Assembly (NCBI GenBank): GCA_035221665.1
Contig: CM069166.1
Location: 3,968,001 to 4,032,000, forward strand
Reading direction: 5' to 3'
Source: Okamejei kenojei
Lineage: Eukaryota
Length of the DNA stretch: 64,000 nt
The notes below the pieces were generated by a model. The model was not told the DNA's origin, made no database searches, and saw only the letters and a list, made by a program, of their open reading frames with translations. Position 1 is the stretch's first letter. Every line of letters starts with the position of its first letter. Made by a program: the position numbers and the translations under genes. Shown piece after piece: positions 61,392-64,000 of the stretch.

Positions 61392-62829
61392 GTGAGTCCG
61401 GTATGCAAGAGTAATGCAAAATAAATATGTTCCTTACACATCCAGTGAATAATGTTAAAATGGATTGGTCATGTGTGTTCCATGGCATATACTGTTGGCC
61501 TATCTTCTGTCAAAAAAACTACAGGTTTTGTTTCCAAACTCTTTGGTCCCTCTCTAGCCACTCCTGCGCGTTGGAGGCTATGCGTGAGTGGATAGGGCGG
61601 GGGATGGGGTAAAAGGAGCGAATGAATAACATAAATATAATATCAAGGGGGGTGGTAGGGGAAACAGACCCAACGGGTCAGCACTTGGTCTAGTAAATAT
61701 TTAATATTTAATAAACTCTCGTGTTGGATTGTCCGGGTTCTATTTCGCGAATATTCGTTTCAGGCGTTTGTGAATCACCTCCTCCGAAATTTGCAAAAAC
61801 TGGACAATTTTTACATATTCCCGGGGGGTTTTTCCACCTCCACTTAATGTTTGAAAATTATTCATCCTTTCCCTGCTTTTTCGGTAAAAAATTTCAAAAT
61901 GTTAAAAAAAAATCAAACTGCTTCTCAACCATAGAACGTTGATGAACGTTCCATCGTGTGATATCACAATGCCCAATGCTCACAGATGTCCAATCGGAAT
62001 GGATCTCATTTACATATGCCTATGCTCCAGCCCCTGCCACGCCCCCCGATGTTGCAGCACGTTCCATTGTGTGATGTCACAATGCCATCCCTCACAGATG
62101 GGCAATCGCAATGGATCTCATTTACATAAGCCTTTGCTCGAGCCTCAGCCCCGCCCCCGCCGCCTGTGTCGAAGCGCGTGATCACGTGATCAACATAACG
62201 GCCGTTGAGATTCTCACCGCCCACAACCCGCCCCAAAACACAGGTTTTTTAAACATATAAGTATCCCCTCTCTACACCCACCCTATCTACTCAATCCTCC
62301 TACTCTACCCCCTCTCTTCTCTCCAACCCCACTTCTCTCTCCCCCCCTCTCGCTCTCTCAACCCTCTCTCTCCCTCTCCCTCTCTGCCCTCCTCTCACCC
62401 TCTCCCCTCTCCGTCTCCCCCTCGCCCCTTTCCCCACGTGTGTGTGGGGGTGGTTAGTGTGCGTGTGACGCCGAATGCCGCCCCCCCCCGCAACCGCGCA
62501 TTGAGGGAACCCGTTATTTCCAGCTGTTGATGCCCGCTATTCCAGCTGTTGATGCCCGCTATTCCAGCTGTTGATTCCCGTTATTCCAGCTGTTGATGCC
62601 CGTTCACTGCCCCAACCATCCAATGTGATCATGGCTGATCATCCCCATTCAGTACCAATCTCTATACTTATAAAACTCTTGGATGTGTGTGTATTTGTGC
62701 AATGTTCGTGTGCGTTTCCCTGTTTGTTACTTCCCGTTTTTTTTCTGGTACTAATTTCTTTACAATTTTAAAAGTTTGGAGTCATTTAATCTTTAAATTT
62801 ACCTGAATCAAAAATCTCTACCTTTCCAG

Positions 62830-62976
62830 AAACCACTATTCCATCTACAGGTTCAGAGGCAACTACAACAGCTTCAAGCACCACATCGGTTCCCATATCA
62901 ACGACAATAGAAACAACTAAGGGCAGCACAACAGAAGCTACCACCACCTTCACGATCACACCACTTACACCCACTG
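62830..62976 (+). CDS. Second Ser/Thr-rich mucin-type exon (phase 1-1, 147 nt) inside a Helitron
   Basis: Acceptor CTACCTTTCCAG and donor G|GTGAGT; TTIPSTGSEATTTASSTTSVPISTTIETTKGSTTEATTTFTITPLTPT, differing from the first by an in-frame 12-nt indel plus substitutions. Frameshifted copy at 51676-51829. Confidence 0.6.
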
Positions 62977-63152
62977 GTGAGTCCGGTATGCAAGTGTAAT
63001 GCAAAATAAATATATTCCTTATATACAGTGAATAAGAATCATTACAGTAGAACAAGTTAACATGGATTGGCCATGTGTGTTCCATGGCATATACTGTTGG
63101 CCTATCTTCTGTCAAACACACCACAGACTTTGTTTCCAAATTCTTTGGTCCC

Positions 63153-64000
63153 TTGGTAGAGCTAATAGGACTTGTTGTTTCAATCTCTGTAATAAGTCGG
63201 CACTCTTGCTATTTGCAGTGGGATTGGAGTGGTGAAAGGTAGGGTAGGTACGTCATCGGGGTCATCAGGTGGGCACTCTCCTTCTTTGACGTTTCACTGA
63301 TAAGCCCACAACATCTCCAGAGGGCTCAACGGTGATACCTGGTGTCCCAGTTACACCCCCCTCAATTCCATACCCTCCTGTATTCATCTTGCAGCCCAAT
63401 TGTCTCTCCTTTTGATCCAGATCCAATTGCTGTTTTTTTCCGCAGAATTTGATAATGATTTGATTGCTTGTTGCACCCCCATTTTCTTTCATAGCCCGGT
63501 CATAGATGTAACAACAAATCCCCTGCATCCCACTTCAACAGGGAAAATCTTGGTCTTCCAGCCATTCTGGGAAGCTTTAGTTACCAGTTCAGAGTACTTG
63601 GTTTTTATTTTCCTCTCATAAGCTTTTTCAACACCATCTTCCCATGGAACTGTCAATTCCACAACATATGCCAACTTGGCTGTTGTGGACCACAGGACCA
63701 TGTCTGGCCGGAGTGTTGTAACCACAATGTCTGGGGGAAACACAAGCCTTTTTTCTAAGTCCACTTCCATTTTCCAGTCCCGAGCAGGCTGCAGAATGCT
63801 TGCATCCATTGATGTTATCTGGTGCTCTGGGGGTTGGCCTCCTGGTACAAATGTTGTGAAGTGGACATTTCCTGCCGATGTTGGTGGGGAAGCATTTGTG
63901 ATCGTTCGCCTCTGTTCAAGGATTGATGACAGCTGTCTAAGAACTTGGTTATGCCGCCAAGTGTAACGCCCTTGGCCGAGGCTCAAAGTGCATCCTGTTA
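63153..64000 (-). mobile_element. HERO-type (restriction-like endonuclease) non-LTR retrotransposon 3' part (partial copy at ~52013-52661)
   Basis: GRYTWRHNQVL, LRPDMVLWS, VELTVPWE, ERK..KY and PVEVGCRGF motifs of the RLE domain. Confidence 0.85.

Larger units (their letters stand above)
55400..63150 (+). mobile_element. Non-autonomous Helitron head-to-tail array, copy 2
   Basis: 5' ends A|TC(TC)TAT..AAAA at ~55772, 61084 and 62659. 3' ends CTAG|T at ~55762 and 61693 (hairpin GACCC-AAC-GGGTC at 61667-61679) and CTTG at ~58911. No TSDs. Confidence 0.7.
40728..63760 (+). repeat. ~12-kb tandem duplication (copy 1 ~40728-52661; copy 2 from ~52662 onward)
   Basis: Collinear Penelope, Helitron array, Crack-like LINE, THAP and mucin exons and HERO in both copies. 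Some blocks are essentially identical; others are insertion-rich in copy 1. Confidence 0.9.

Noticed and set aside
61189-63139. Val-rich minus-strand ORFs (61189-61488, 62786-63139)
   Set aside because: Antisense shadows of the plus-strand Thr/Ser exons, which carry the splice signals.
63262-63295. Hammerhead ribozyme in the HERO 3'UTR (minus strand GAAACGTC ... CTGATGA)
   Set aside because: Both core words are present, but I could not build helices I and II for the required topology; a covariance search across HERO copies would be needed.

Overview
Repeat-rich vertebrate genomic DNA. The repeat repertoire (HE1/V-SINE-like SINEs, CR1, Penelope-derived elements, a 44-bp minisatellite) suggests a cartilaginous fish, probably a skate or ray (inference). 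Host genes: (1) the last three coding exons of an ICAM/VCAM-like Ig-superfamily adhesion receptor (1-250, 2909-3193, 5699-5973; phase-1 splicing gives Ig, Ig, TM plus cytoplasmic tail). (2) A probable second gene near 40 kb with a GAS/kB-like promoter and a phase-1 signal-peptide exon (40057-40135) that is too short for the ORF track. Between them is a 12-kb nested transposon stack: CR1 > CR1 > L1 > DIRS > U2 snRNA retrocopy, with a near-complete esterase-type CR1 also inside the L1. The 3' third is an ~12-kb tandem duplication whose first copy looks like an unpolished long read. It holds a head-to-tail array of non-autonomous Helitrons carrying gene-like cargo: a THAP-domain first exon with promoter, a Kozak-ATG first exon, and two intact phase-1/1 Ser/Thr-rich mucin-type exons that are frame-compatible with the upstream leader exon. 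Many Penelope-derived short elements carry minimal hammerhead-ribozyme cores. All family assignments come from motif recognition, not database searches; repeat boundaries are approximate unless a TSD is given.
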